Origin: an uncultured Chloroflexia bacterium
GTDB lineage: Bacteria > Chloroflexota > Limnocylindria > Limnocylindrales > CSP1-4
NCBI GenBank assembly: GCA_963813535.1
Contig: CAWEZH010000002.1
Location: 640,001-704,000 of the forward strand
Direction of reading: 5' to 3'
Length of the DNA: 64,000 nt
Under the pieces are notes generated by a model, which saw nothing but the letters and a program-made list of their open reading frames with translations, was not told where the DNA came from and did not search any database. Below are positions 40,839 to 50,670 of the stretch, piece by piece; position 1 is the stretch's first letter, and each line of letters opens with the position of its first letter. Both the position numbers and the translations under genes were made by a program.

Positions 40839-42470
40839 TCAACGGACGGAGCGTTGTTCCTGAGTGACGACGGACCCGCGGAGGGCGTACGGACCCGCGT
40901 GGTCGATCCGCACATGAACGTCCTGGCCGAGGAGCGACACATCGCCCGGCAGGTGGACCAGCTTGTTGCCACGCGTCCGGCCCGAGACCCGCGGCCCCCT
41001 GTCGATACCCGGGCCGTCGTGGTCGTGCGTCCGCGGCGGAGCGAGGGCGTCGACGAGGACCTCCACCTCACGATCGAGCCAGCCGCGGTTGCGCTCCAGT
41101 CCGATGCGCTCCTGGACCGCCAGCAGCTGGTTCAGTCGGCGCCGCTTCACGTCGGGCGGCACATCGTCGGCGAGCTTCGTCGCCGGTGTCCCTGGCCGCG
41201 GCGAGTAGGCCGCGGCGAAGACCTGGTCGTAGCGGACGTCCTCGAGCAGGGCAAGCGTCCGTTCGAACTGGTCCTCGGTCTCGCCGCAGAACCCCACGAT
41301 CACGTCGGTCGAGATCGTGATGCCCGGGACGGCCTCGCGGATCCTGTCGAGCCGCTCGCGGTAGTGCTCGATCGTGTACTGGCGACCCATCCGGCGCAGC
41401 ACCGCGTCGTCGCCCGACTGGACCGGCAGATGGAGGTGCTCGCAGACGCTCGGACAGTCGGCCAGGGCCGCGATCAGCCGGTCGGACAGGTCCCACGGAT
41501 GGGAGGTCACGAAGCGCAGGCGCGGGACAGCCGGGCGGCCGTCGGCAGTTCGGAGGGCGTCGATGGCCCTGATGAGCTCGGCCAGGTCGGGTCGACCGTG
41601 CAGATCCAATCTGCGGCCCGCCCAGCGCTCGGCATCGACATGCGCGAAACGTGGCTCCGGGTCGAGGTCATGGCCGTACGAGTTCACGTTCTGGCCGAGC
41701 AGCGTGACTTCCCGATAGCCCGCTGCCGCCAGCGCCCGGGCCTCCTCCACGATGTCGTCGAACGGGCGGCTGCGCTCCGGTCCGCGGCTGAACGGCACGA
41801 TGCAGTAGGTGCAGGTCTTGTCGCAGCCGTAGATGATCGGCAGCCAGGCGCTGATCGTCGATCCGCGTGCGACGGTCCCCTCCCCGACCGCCCGAGCGCG
41901 TGTGCCGGACAGGTTGTCCGCGGCACCGACGACGGTCCGACCGACCGTCGTCGTCGCACCGATCGCACCGATGACACCCTGCGCGGACGCCAGTCCGAGC
42001 CTGTCGACGAGCTCGGGCTCCTCATCCGGCCGCAGGAACAGGTCGACTGCCGGATAGCGGCGTCGAAGGCCGTCACGCTCGGCCTCCCGGACCGCACATC
42101 CGGTCAGGACGACCCGCATGCCCGGGTTCGCGGTCTTGAGCCGGGCGAGATGGCCCTGCCGGCCGACGACCTTCTGCTCGGCGCCCTCGCGGATGGCACA
42201 GGTGTTGATGACGACGAGGTCGGCCGACTCGAACGAGTCGGCTTCCTCGCAACCCGCCGCGAGCAAGCGACCGGCCATCTCCTCGGAGTCGCTGCGGTTC
42301 ATCTGACAGCCGAGCGTCCACACGTGGAAGCGAGGCAGCGCCGCCGGCTCGAGCCGGTACTCGGTCAGCCGGTCGTCGACCGGTTCGGGGGCGCGCGGTG
42401 TCCGGACCGGCGCGGGCGCGACGACGTCCAGGACCGGCAGCGTTCGGGTGAGTGATCGAGGGGCAGCCAC
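40839..42470 (-). CDS. miaB: tRNA-i6A37 methylthiotransferase
   Basis: TLGCQMNRSDSE, NTCAIRE, GCDKTCTYCIVP radical SAM motif, HLPVQSG, TRAM domain. Confidence 0.95.
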   Translation of the reverse strand: MAAPRSLTRTLPVLDVVAPAPVRTPRAPEPVDDRLTEYRLEPAALPRFHVWTLGCQMNRSDSEEMAGRLLAAGCEEADSFESADLVVINTCAIREGAEQKVVGRQGHLARLKTANPGMRVVLTGCAVREAERDGLRRRYPAVDLFLRPDEEPELVDRLGLASAQGVIGAIGATTTVGRTVVGAADNLSGTRARAVGEGTVARGSTISAWLPIIYGCDKTCTYCIVPFSRGPERSRPFDDIVEEARALAAAGYREVTLLGQNVNSYGHDLDPEPRFAHVDAERWAGRRLDLHGRPDLAELIRAIDALRTADGRPAVPRLRFVTSHPWDLSDRLIAALADCPSVCEHLHLPVQSGDDAVLRRMGRQYTIEHYRERLDRIREAVPGITISTDVIVGFCGETEDQFERTLALLEDVRYDQVFAAAYSPRPGTPATKLADDVPPDVKRRRLNQLLAVQERIGLERNRGWLDREVEVLVDALAPPRTHDHDGPGIDRGPRVSGRTRGNKLVHLPGDVSLLGQDVHVRIDHAGPYALRGSVVTQEQRSVR

Positions 42471-42523
42471 TGCGGCGTCATGGTACCCGTGCCTCGCCGC
42501 GAGCCCCGCTATCCTCGATGACC

Positions 42524-43306
42524 ATGGACCTCATCGCCCTGATCAGCGATCCGGAGATCTGGGTCGCCCTATTGACGTTGACCGTGCTCGAGATCGTCCT
42601 CGGCATCGACAACGTCATCTTCATCTCCATCCTCATCACGCGCCTTCCGGCAGACCAGCGGGACCGCGCACGGCGGGTCGGCCTCGGCCTCGCGATGGGG
42701 ATGCGCATCGCCCTGCTCCTGGCGATCAGCTGGATCATCGGGCTGACACAACCTGCGGTCACCTTGCTGGGCCACGCCTTCTCGTGGCGCGACCTGATCC
42801 TCATCGGCGGCGGCCTGTTCCTGCTATGGAAGGCCACCACCGAGATCCACGAGTCGCTCGAGGGCGAGGCGGCGCATCACACGGAGGCACCCGCGGCCGG
42901 ACGTTTCGGCGCGGTGATCGCGCAGATCGTCCTGCTCGACATCGTGTTCTCTCTCGACAGCGTCCTGACGGCCGTCGGGCTGGTCGACGACGTCCCGGTG
43001 ATGATCGCCGCGGTCGTCATCGCGGTCGGCGTGATGCTGATCGCGTCCGGACCGCTGTCGCGCTTCGTCCACGAGCACCCGTCGGTCAAGATCCTTGCCC
43101 TGTCGTTCCTGCTATTGATCGGCGTGACGCTCATCGCCGATGGCTTCGGGTTCCACATCGACAAGGCGTACATCTATGCCGCGATGGGTTTCAGCGTCTT
43201 CGTCGAGGCGCTCAACCTGCGTCGCCGGCACAAGGAGGCGGCGGTCGAGCTCCGGCCGACGTTCGTCAAGGAGCAAGCGGAGAGCGAGCCGACGGGAACG
43301 GCCTAG
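42524..43306 (+). CDS. terC: TerC family membrane protein
   Basis: LEIVLGIDN, DIVFSLDSV, YIYAAMGFS. Confidence 0.9.
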   Translation: MDLIALISDPEIWVALLTLTVLEIVLGIDNVIFISILITRLPADQRDRARRVGLGLAMGMRIALLLAISWIIGLTQPAVTLLGHAFSWRDLILIGGGLFLLWKATTEIHESLEGEAAHHTEAPAAGRFGAVIAQIVLLDIVFSLDSVLTAVGLVDDVPVMIAAVVIAVGVMLIASGPLSRFVHEHPSVKILALSFLLLIGVTLIADGFGFHIDKAYIYAAMGFSVFVEALNLRRRHKEAAVELRPTFVKEQAESEPTGTA

Positions 43307-44232
43307 CGCCCGGCTGTCTGCGCGACGAGCGCCTCGCCGACCTCCGGAGGGACCCACAGCCGCGCGTGCGCGTCGCCATATGGGCCGAGGTCGCCGTGGT
43401 AGTCGGTGCCTCCGGTCATGACCAGGCCATGCGCGCGTGCCGTCTCGGCCATGACTTCGACGGTCGCCCTGTCGAAGGTCCGGTAGTACACCTCGAGGCC
43501 GCCCAATCCCGCGTCGACCAGCTCGCGGATCACATCCGGCCGGGTGGGCGCCTCGCGGAAATGGGCGAGCACCGGGAGTCCGTCCGCGGCGCGGATCGCC
43601 GCGATGGCGCCTTCGGGGCCAAGACCCTCGCGGCGGACGTACCCGGGCCCGCCGTGCCCGATGATCCGGGAGAAGGCGTCCTCGACGCTCGACGCGAACC
43701 CGGCCGCGATGAGCGCCCGCGCGATGGTCGGCCGGCCGATCGCGTCCTCCTCGGCCGTCGGCAGCGCGGCAACCTGCGCGTCGATCGGCATCCCGATCTC
43801 ACGAAGCAGCGCCACGGTCCTGTCGAACCGGGTCCGGCGGGCCCCGCGTTGGGCAGCCAGGATCGATTCGAACGCCTCGTCGTCGGGGTCCATCCCGAAC
43901 CCGAGGATGTGCAACTCCCACTCCCACAGACCGAGGTCGCGCATGACGAGCGCGTTGATCTCGACGCCCGGGATGAGCTGCACGCCGTCGGGGACGGCGC
44001 CAGCCATGTCGAGGTCGCGATAGCCGGCGAGCGTGTCGTGGTCGGTGAGGGAGAACGTCCGTACGCCCGCGGCGGCGACGTCGCGGATCAGCTCCGCAGG
44101 GGTGAGGACACCGTCCGACCGGGTCGAGTGGGCGTGCAGGTCGACCGTGGATGGCGCTGGTGGCTGGATCGAGCCGTCCGTTGCGGTCGGATCGTGGCGG
44201 CGGGAGCGACGTGGTCGGGGTCCGGCGGCCAT
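43303..44232 (-). CDS. PHP domain phosphoesterase (TrpH/YciV-like)
   Basis: DLHAHSTRSDG, LTDHDT, GVEI, LAH, GGTDYHG. Confidence 0.9.
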   Translation of the reverse strand: MAAGPRPRRSRRHDPTATDGSIQPPAPSTVDLHAHSTRSDGVLTPAELIRDVAAAGVRTFSLTDHDTLAGYRDLDMAGAVPDGVQLIPGVEINALVMRDLGLWEWELHILGFGMDPDDEAFESILAAQRGARRTRFDRTVALLREIGMPIDAQVAALPTAEEDAIGRPTIARALIAAGFASSVEDAFSRIIGHGGPGYVRREGLGPEGAIAAIRAADGLPVLAHFREAPTRPDVIRELVDAGLGGLEVYYRTFDRATVEVMAETARAHGLVMTGGTDYHGDLGPYGDAHARLWVPPEVGEALVAQTAGR

Positions 44233-44267
44233 CGGCCGAGCCTAGCAGCGCATGTGGAGCCGAGCCA

Positions 44268-45143
44268 CTACACCTCGACCAGCTGCTGGATGCGCTCCAC
44301 CGCCAGCGCCCGGCCCGTCGCCGGATCGATATCGATCTGGGTGGCGTTGAACACGACCGGCCCCTCCCCCACCTCGAACCTGGTCGGGAGCGCGTTGATG
44401 AACCGCGGCAACACGGTCGATGGCTCGAAGCCGATCACGCTCCATACGGGTCCGGTCATGCCCAGGTCCGTCTGGTAGGCGGTCCCGCCGGGCAGGATCC
44501 GTTCGTCGCCGGTCACCACGTGCGTGTGCGTGCCGACGACTGCGCTGACGCGGCCGTCCAGGTGCAGCCCAAGAGCGTTCTTCTCGGACGTCAGCTCGCA
44601 ATGGAAGTCCACGAGCCGGATGGGCGGCAACGGTTCCGGCGCACTCGCCTCATCGAGCAGCGTATCGGCATCCGTGAACGGGTTGTCGATCGGCTGCATG
44701 TACGTGCGGCCCTGGAGGTTGATCACCGCCAGGTGCGATCCGTCGAGGGCGTCGAATGTGCCCCATCCTCGGCCCGGCACTCCGTGCGTGCCGTAGTTGT
44801 GCGGGCGCAGGACTCGCTCGCTCGACTCGAGATAGGGGTAGATCTCCTTCTTGTCCCAGACGTGGTTGCCGGACGTGATCACGTCCACGCCCGCATCGAG
44901 GAGCGCATCGGCCGTCGACGGCGTCAGACCCATGCCGCCGGCCACGTTCTCCCCGTTCGCAGTGACGAAATCGATGCCACGCTCCTCGCGGAGATCCGGG
45001 AGCACCTGCTCGACCGCCTGTCGCCCGGGCTTGCCGATGAGGTCACCGATCATCAGCACGCGACAGGCACCGGCCGGCCGTGGCGCGTTGCCGTTCGGTG
45101 GGTTGCCCAGCCGAGTGCGTCCGGCCGTCGATGCGGGGTCCAT
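44268..45143 (-). CDS. ymdB: YmdB/TIGR00282 metallophosphoesterase
   Basis: GDLIG, NGEN, TSGNHVWD, DFHCE.TSEK, GTHTHV, TDLGMTG. Confidence 0.93.
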   Translation of the reverse strand: MDPASTAGRTRLGNPPNGNAPRPAGACRVLMIGDLIGKPGRQAVEQVLPDLREERGIDFVTANGENVAGGMGLTPSTADALLDAGVDVITSGNHVWDKKEIYPYLESSERVLRPHNYGTHGVPGRGWGTFDALDGSHLAVINLQGRTYMQPIDNPFTDADTLLDEASAPEPLPPIRLVDFHCELTSEKNALGLHLDGRVSAVVGTHTHVVTGDERILPGGTAYQTDLGMTGPVWSVIGFEPSTVLPRFINALPTRFEVGEGPVVFNATQIDIDPATGRALAVERIQQLVEV

Positions 45144-45255
45144 GGGCGGTGAGTCTACCGGCGCTTGACGCGGCCCGATACGATGGCTGACCTGGTGCGC
45201 GTACGCACCACCAGGAGATCCCCCGCGCCGGGACAAGGCGCGAAGGTATGGAGCG

Positions 45256-45450
45256 ATGACCGAGCGCATCCCTCATCGCCGGCGTGCGAGCGACCGTGCC
45301 GACGAACGTGCCAACCGAGCCGCCAAGCTCGGCGACCTCGTCGCACTCTGGGTCGCGAGCGGCCAGGCCGAAGCAGCGCGTCGACGTCGGGCCGAATGGC
45401 TCGAGCGTCAGGACCAGCGCGAGACGACGGCGACCCTCAGAGACGCCTGA
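45256..45450 (+). CDS. Small hypothetical protein
   Basis: 64-aa ORF with GGAG upstream; no motif. Confidence 0.4.
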   Translation: MTERIPHRRRASDRADERANRAAKLGDLVALWVASGQAEAARRRRAEWLERQDQRETTATLRDA

Positions 45451-45453
45451 CCG

Positions 45454-45648
45454 CTAGGGCCGTCGCTTGACGGTACCCGCGACGGCATCCCGGAGCTCGC
45501 GTTCCGCCACGTCCGGGTCGTCCGTCTGGATCGCCTCGACCACGGCCGTCGCGACGGTCGAGTCCTCGTCCTCGATGTCGAGGTCGACCACGCGATCCGC
45601 ATCGGCGAAGAAGATCTCGATGTGGCGACCGGGTATCGACTGTCTCAT
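45454..45648 (-). CDS. Small acidic hypothetical protein
   Basis: 64-aa ORF with typical codon usage. Confidence 0.5.
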   Translation of the reverse strand: MRQSIPGRHIEIFFADADRVVDLDIEDEDSTVATAVVEAIQTDDPDVAERELRDAVAGTVKRRP

Positions 45649-45809
45649 CGACCCGAAGCTACGCTGGCGCGCCTCGCATCGGCGTTTCAGTTGGGCGGTC
45701 GTTCGACGCAGGCGAGGTCATCAGGCGCCGTAGCGCGGCATTTCGTTGCTCCGCCGCACCACTCGAGCCGGCTCGGCGTATGGCAGGCGATGTCTGTGTG
45801 GCGATCGAC

Positions 45810-47339
45810 CTACTTGGCGTACTCGACGGCGCGCGTCTCGCGGATGACCGTGACCTTGATCTGGCCCGGATAGGTCAGCTGCTCTTCGATCTTCTTCACG
45901 ACATCGCGCGCCAGGCGCGTGGCGGTCAGATCGTCGATCTCCTCGGGCCGCACGAGGATGCGTACCTCGCGACCGGCCTGGACGGCGAACGACTTCTCGA
46001 CCCCGATGAAGCTCTCGGCGATCGCCTGCAGGTCCTCGAGCCGCTTGACGTAGGTGTCCATGGTCTCGCCGCGAGCGCCCGGTCGGGACGCGCTGATCGC
46101 ATCGGCGACCTGCACGATCGGTGCCTCCAGGCAGGCGTACTCGACCTCCTGGTGGTGCGCCGCGATCCCGTTGATCACCTTGAACGGCAGGTTGTGACGC
46201 TGGGCGATCTGGGCGCCGATGGCGGCATGCGGACCCTCGACCTCATGGTCGACAGCCTTGCCGATGTCATGGAGCAGACCGCCCATCTTGGCGATCTGGA
46301 CGTCGGCGCCGATCTCGGCTGCGATCACCGCCGCCAGGTGACTCGTCTCGACCACGTGGTTGAGCACGTTCTGTCCGTAGCTGGTGCGGTACTTGAGCCG
46401 CCCGAGGAGCTTGATGATCTCGGCGGGCAAGCCCGGGACCCCAGCTTCGTAGGCGGCCTGTTCGCCGGCCTGGCGGATGACGAGGTCGACCTCGGCGCGG
46501 GCCTTGGCGACGACTTCCTCGATCCGGCCGGGGTGGATGCGTCCGTCGGCGATGAGCTTGGTGATGGCGATACGGGCCACCTCGCGGCGCACGGGATCGA
46601 ACCCGCTCAGCACGACCGTCTCCGGCGTGTCATCGATGATCAGGTCGATGCCGGTCGCCTGTTCGAGCGCGCGGATGTTGCGACCTTCACGACCGATGAT
46701 CCGGCCCTTCATCTCGTCCGATGGCAGGTGGACGACGCTGACCGTGTGCTCGGCGGTGTGGTCGGCGGCCACGCGCTGCATCGCGGTCAGGACGATGTCG
46801 CGGGCCTTGTCCTGGGCCTCCTCGCGCGCACTGCGCTCGATCGCCCGGGACAGCTTCACGGCGTCGTGTTCGGCTTCGACCCGGACGGCTTCGAGCAGCA
46901 TGGCCTTGGCATCCTCTGCGCTCAGGCTCGAGACCCGCTCGAGCGCGGCCACCTGCTCCTGCGTCGCCCTGGCGAGGTCGTCCTTGGCCTTGTCGAGCTC
47001 TCGCTCGCGGTCGAGCAGCTTCCTGTCGCGTTGCTCGAGCATCTCCGTCCGCTGATCGAGCTGTTCGTCACGCTGGATCAGGCGCCGTTCCTGGGCCGCG
47101 AGCTCGTTGCGACGGGTCCGTGCCTCTTCCTCGGCTTCCCGGCCAAGGCGGAGCTTCTCGTCCTTCGCCTCGAGGATCAGTTCCTTCTGGCGGGCGCGGG
47201 CCTCGGCTTCGATGCGGCGGGCTTCTGCCTGCGCGGCCTTCATGCCCTGCGAAGCCCACATCGTCCGGCCCAGGGCGCCGAGCAGCACCCCGCCGACGGC
47301 AGCCAGAAGCGCCACCGCCACCACGATCGGTGTTTCCAT
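45810..47339 (-). CDS. rny: Ribonuclease Y
   Basis: N-terminal TM, coiled coil, KH motif [15 protein letters not shown] motif [19 protein letters not shown]. Confidence 0.97.
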   Translation of the reverse strand: METPIVVAVALLAAVGGVLLGALGRTMWASQGMKAAQAEARRIEAEARARQKELILEAKDEKLRLGREAEEEARTRRNELAAQERRLIQRDEQLDQRTEMLEQRDRKLLDRERELDKAKDDLARATQEQVAALERVSSLSAEDAKAMLLEAVRVEAEHDAVKLSRAIERSAREEAQDKARDIVLTAMQRVAADHTAEHTVSVVHLPSDEMKGRIIGREGRNIRALEQATGIDLIIDDTPETVVLSGFDPVRREVARIAITKLIADGRIHPGRIEEVVAKARAEVDLVIRQAGEQAAYEAGVPGLPAEIIKLLGRLKYRTSYGQNVLNHVVETSHLAAVIAAEIGADVQIAKMGGLLHDIGKAVDHEVEGPHAAIGAQIAQRHNLPFKVINGIAAHHQEVEYACLEAPIVQVADAISASRPGARGETMDTYVKRLEDLQAIAESFIGVEKSFAVQAGREVRILVRPEEIDDLTATRLARDVVKKIEEQLTYPGQIKVTVIRETRAVEYAK

Positions 47340-47550
47340 CGGTTTCCTCCCATCCGGACCGGATCATGCGGCCGGACGCGTTACGTAGACGAGGGCACGA
47401 TCGCGAAGATCGAGGAGGAAGCAGCCACCGCATCAGCGGTACCTGGTGCGGACCGTCGCTGCGACGGTCCGGGCCCCCTCGTTGGGCCGCGATCGGGCCG
47501 ATCCTTCGTTCGGAACGCCGTTAACAGGCGGCGCCTGGAACGTTGCTTGT

Positions 47551-47579
47551 AGCGTAGGCCCGGGGCAGGAACGGGTCAA
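47551..47579 (-). promoter_or_regulatory. Sigma70-type promoter for rny (implies ~200-nt 5' UTR)
   Basis: TTGACC-N17-TACGCT on the minus strand. Confidence 0.6.
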
Positions 47580-47599
47580 CCGACCGCCTCGGCGACCGA

Positions 47600-47672
47600 C
47601 ATAGAACGACGGCGCCTTGGGGGGAAAGACGCCGTCGTTCTGGGCAGGCTTCGGTGTCGTGTCGCCATGCCG
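47600..47672 (-). ncRNA. Candidate small RNA ending in a 16-bp hairpin with UCCCCCC loop
   Basis: Lies between the duplicated promoter-like module (-10 GACACT at 47679-47684) and hairpin 47603-47641; no convincing ORF. Confidence 0.35.
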
Positions 47673-47780
47673 GCCGTGAGTGTCGCGCCATGGGTGGCAG
47701 GCGGCGAGCCTGACCATGGTCCCGCCTAAAGTCGGTCGAGGGCGGTCCCATGCGGCCCGGTGCGGTGTCGCCGGTCACCG
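47670..47780 (-). repeat. Copy A of duplicated 111-bp regulatory module
   Basis: Blocks CCGGC, AGTGTC, CCTGACCATGGTCCCG, CCGGTGCGGTGTC and GGTCACCG all recur 1052 bp away. Confidence 0.8.
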
Positions 47781-47820
47781 ACGCCCCTCCGACAGTACGG
47801 GCAACGCACGGCGGGTATGC

Positions 47821-47853
47821 GACGACGGCGTCGTGGGGGGCGACGCCGTCGTC
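47821..47853 (-). terminator. 13-bp perfect hairpin with CCCCCCA loop downstream of the secreted repeat protein gene
   Basis: GACGACGGCGTCG-TGGGGGG-CGACGCCGTCGTC on the + strand, 17 nt past the stop codon. Confidence 0.6.
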
Positions 47854-47869
47854 TGGATGCCGGGTAGGG

Positions 47870-48664
47870 TCAGTGGTTCTTCGAGTTGCCCTTGCCGTGC
47901 TCCTTGGCGAGCTTCGCGGCATCGCGTGCGGCCTTGGCGGCCTCGCGAGCGGCCTTCTTCTCGGCCTTGGCGGCAACTCGTTCGGCCCTGGCGGCCTCGC
48001 GTGCGGCCCTCGCAGCCTCGTGGTCCTTCTTGGCAGCTTCGCTGACGGCACCGCCGTGGTTGCAGTTCTTGCCGCCGATCGCACCAGACTGCGCGACCGT
48101 CGAGACCCACTTGCCGTGGCCGTTCTTCTGCTCGTCGATCGCGGGATCGCGCTCGGGCGGGGCGACCTCGACACACTCGGTCGTGGGGTCGTCTGCGGCC
48201 GCCTCGTCGGCAGCCTCTTGCGCGCTGTCCTCGGCGCAGACTTCGGTCGTCACCCGTACGGCGTCGAGGGCCGGCTCGGTCACCGGCCCGGTCACGGGCT
48301 CCTGCGGGGTGGCGTCGTGGCACGAGCCGTGCGCGACCCAGCTTACGTAGCCGCCGTGGTTGCAGTTCTTTCCACCGATGCGATCGCTGTGCGCCGCCTC
48401 GGAGACCGAGATCGTCCCGTCACCGTCGCGATCGACGGCGGCCTCGGCCGAGGCTTCCGCCTCCGGGTCAGCTTCCGCTGCCACGGTCGCAGGATCCTCG
48501 CAGGAATCGTCGATATCGTTGCCGTTCGTGTCGACGAACGCCGCGACCATGCCGGTCGGGGGAGCCTGGGCAAGCCTGGTCTGCGCAGCCGCGAAGGCGA
48601 CGAGGACCAGCAGGAGCCCCAACCAGATGACGGTCACCCAAGTCGGTCGAATGGATCTATGCAC
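47870..48664 (-). CDS. Secreted protein with DxDxDG-like motifs and GGKNCNHGG repeats
   Basis: Signal peptide; DTNGND, DRDGDG; two GGKNCNHGG(Y/A)VS repeats; Ala/Lys-rich tail. Confidence 0.75.
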   Translation of the reverse strand: MHRSIRPTWVTVIWLGLLLVLVAFAAAQTRLAQAPPTGMVAAFVDTNGNDIDDSCEDPATVAAEADPEAEASAEAAVDRDGDGTISVSEAAHSDRIGGKNCNHGGYVSWVAHGSCHDATPQEPVTGPVTEPALDAVRVTTEVCAEDSAQEAADEAAADDPTTECVEVAPPERDPAIDEQKNGHGKWVSTVAQSGAIGGKNCNHGGAVSEAAKKDHEAARAAREAARAERVAAKAEKKAAREAAKAARDAAKLAKEHGKGNSKNH

Positions 48665-48721
48665 CGCGTCCTGTTTCCTTCCCCGGAGTCAGGGCGTCAA
48701 CGGCGATCGCCGGGATCAGCA

Positions 48722-48832
48722 CCGGCGCCGAGTATCTCGGCATGAGGCCCGGCCAACGACCCTGACCATGGTCCCGGCCGTCGTGGGTCGCGAGGGGTCT
48801 GGGCGCATCCGGTGCGGTGTCCGTGGTCACCG
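48722..48832 (-). repeat. Copy B of duplicated 111-bp regulatory module
   Basis: Same blocks and spacing as 47670-47780; -10-like GATACT at 48731-48736. Confidence 0.8.
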
Positions 48833-48859
48833 TACCAGCCGTGGTTACGGGTGGCCACC

Positions 48860-49414
48860 TCATCCATCCGCATCCGCGTCCGCGTCGAGCGTGACGCGGG
48901 CGGCCAGCTCCCGGCACGTCTCGGGGTCGAAGCCGTTGCGGGCCAACAGCGCATAGGCGCGCTCGCGTCGACGTCGTGGATCGGCGACCCGGTCGAGTGT
49001 CCGGGCGTGCTTATCCAGGAGTCGTTCGCCGGCGGCGCGATCCGGGGCGGCATCCGACGCCTCCGCCGATCGCCGCGCGCCGAGAACGAGGTCGACGACG
49101 GCGCGATCGATCCCCTTCAGCCGCAACTCGTTCTGCAGTGCGCGCTCACCTCGCGGCCTCGCCCGGTCCCGGGACTCGACCCAGGCGCGCGCGAACGTCT
49201 CGTCGTCGAGCATTCCAAGGTCGGTCATCCGGGCGATCGCACCGTCCACTAGCTCGGTTCGATAGCCCGCCGACGTCAGCCGCCGGCGCACCTCCGCCAC
49301 GGACCGCGACCGAGCCTCGAGAAACCGCGCCGCCGCCTCGAGCACGACCTGCGGATCCTCGACCGCACCGCGCCGCTCCCGCCCCTCCGCGTAACTCTCC
49401 CGCCTGCGGGCCAC
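48860..49414 (-). CDS. recX: Regulatory protein RecX
   Basis: RSRSVAEVRRRL, LDDETFA, ELRLKGI, LARNGF; directly downstream of recA. Confidence 0.9.
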   Translation of the reverse strand: MARRRESYAEGRERRGAVEDPQVVLEAAARFLEARSRSVAEVRRRLTSAGYRTELVDGAIARMTDLGMLDDETFARAWVESRDRARPRGERALQNELRLKGIDRAVVDLVLGARRSAEASDAAPDRAAGERLLDKHARTLDRVADPRRRRERAYALLARNGFDPETCRELAARVTLDADADADG

Positions 49415-49419
49415 GGCTC

Positions 49420-49544
49420 TAGGTCGGCGTTCAGGTGGTCCGGATGCAAGGCCGCCACGAGCACCGGCGCGAGCGCACTCTGTTGTGCGTGAGCGCCGGC
49501 GCGCAGTGGCGAACGCCGCAGACGGGCCGCATGACGCCGACCTA
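49420..49544. repeat. 125-nt imperfect inverted repeat (rod hairpin) filling the recA-recX gap
   Basis: Terminal TAGGTCGGCGT/ACGCCGACCTA with nested helices GTGGTCCG/CGGGCCGC, CGCCAC/GTGGCG, CCGGCGC/GCGCCGG, GCGCAC/GTGCGT. Confidence 0.7.
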
Positions 49545-50597
49545 TTCCGCTTCTTCGATGCCTTCGACGGGGATGGGCGTCTCCGTGATCTTCCCGCGAA
49601 TGCGCGACTCGATCTCGGCGGCGATTTCCGGGCTGGTCTTGAGGAAGTCCTTGGAGGCCTCACGACCCTGGCCCAGCCGCGTCTCGCCGAAGTTGAACCA
49701 GGCGCCCGTCTTCGTGACGACGTCCATGGCGACACCGACGTCGAGCAGGCCGCCTTCCTTGGAGATCCCCTCGCCATACATGATGTCGAACTCGGCGACC
49801 CGGAACGGCGCTGCGACCTTGTTCTTGACGACCTTCACCCGAGCGCGGTTGCCGACCGACTCGGTGCCGGTCTTGATCGTTTCGACGCGGCGGATGTCGA
49901 GCCGGACCGAGGCGTAGAACTTCAGCGCGCGGCCGCCCGGTGTCGTCTCCGGGTTGCCGAACATGACGCCGATCTTCTCGCGCAACTGGTTCGTGAAGAC
50001 GAGGGCCGTGTTCGAGCGCGAGACCGCGCCGGTCAACTTGCGCAACGCCTGGCTCATCAGCCGGGCCTGGATGCCGACGAACGAATCGCCCATCTCGCCT
50101 TCGATCTCGGCCCGTGGCACGAGCGCCGCGACCGAGTCGACCACGACGCAATCGATCCCGCCGGAGCGAATCAGCGTCTCCGTGATCTCGAGGGCCTGTT
50201 CACCGGTGTCCGGCTGCGAGACGAGTAGCTCATCGACGTTGACGCCGCAGGCGCGAGCGTAGGCAGGATCGAGCGCGTGCTCGACGTCGATGAAGGCGAC
50301 GACTCCGCCACGCGCCTGGGCCTCGGCCAGGACGTGCTGGCAGACGGTCGTCTTGCCCGACGACTCCGGACCGAAGATCTCGGTGATCCGGCCGCGCGGG
50401 ATGCCGCCGACGCCGAGGGCCAGGTCCAGCGCGATCGACCCGGTCGGGATCGAATCGACCGCCTGCCGCTCGGCCGACCCGAGCTTCATGATCGCGCCAC
50501 GACCGAATTGCTTCTCGATCGCCGATAGCGCCGCGTCGACCGCCTTGCCGCGCTCCGCGACCGCCCGTTCCGCCGCGCGCTCGTCCGTCATCGCCAT
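49542..50597 (-). CDS. recA: Recombinase RecA
   Basis: [40 protein letters not shown]. Confidence 0.98.
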   Translation of the reverse strand: MAMTDERAAERAVAERGKAVDAALSAIEKQFGRGAIMKLGSAERQAVDSIPTGSIALDLALGVGGIPRGRITEIFGPESSGKTTVCQHVLAEAQARGGVVAFIDVEHALDPAYARACGVNVDELLVSQPDTGEQALEITETLIRSGGIDCVVVDSVAALVPRAEIEGEMGDSFVGIQARLMSQALRKLTGAVSRSNTALVFTNQLREKIGVMFGNPETTPGGRALKFYASVRLDIRRVETIKTGTESVGNRARVKVVKNKVAAPFRVAEFDIMYGEGISKEGGLLDVGVAMDVVTKTGAWFNFGETRLGQGREASKDFLKTSPEIAAEIESRIRGKITETPIPVEGIEEAE

Positions 50598-50670
50598 CCG
50601 TTCGTCACGCTCCTCATCGATCGGTCCGATCCGTCAGCGGAGCCTTCCACGGTGGCGTCCGTCCGGCCGG

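Noticed and set aside
45780-47552. Long antisense ORFs (e.g. 590 aa opposite rny; similar ones opposite miaB, hflX and the ABC genes)
   Set aside because: Shadow frames expected from high-GC codon bias; no protein motifs.
47433-47717. 94-aa ORF starting at the ATG inside the duplicated module
   Set aside because: The matching frame in copy B stops after 17 codons, and the ORF runs through a hairpin and the rny promoter.
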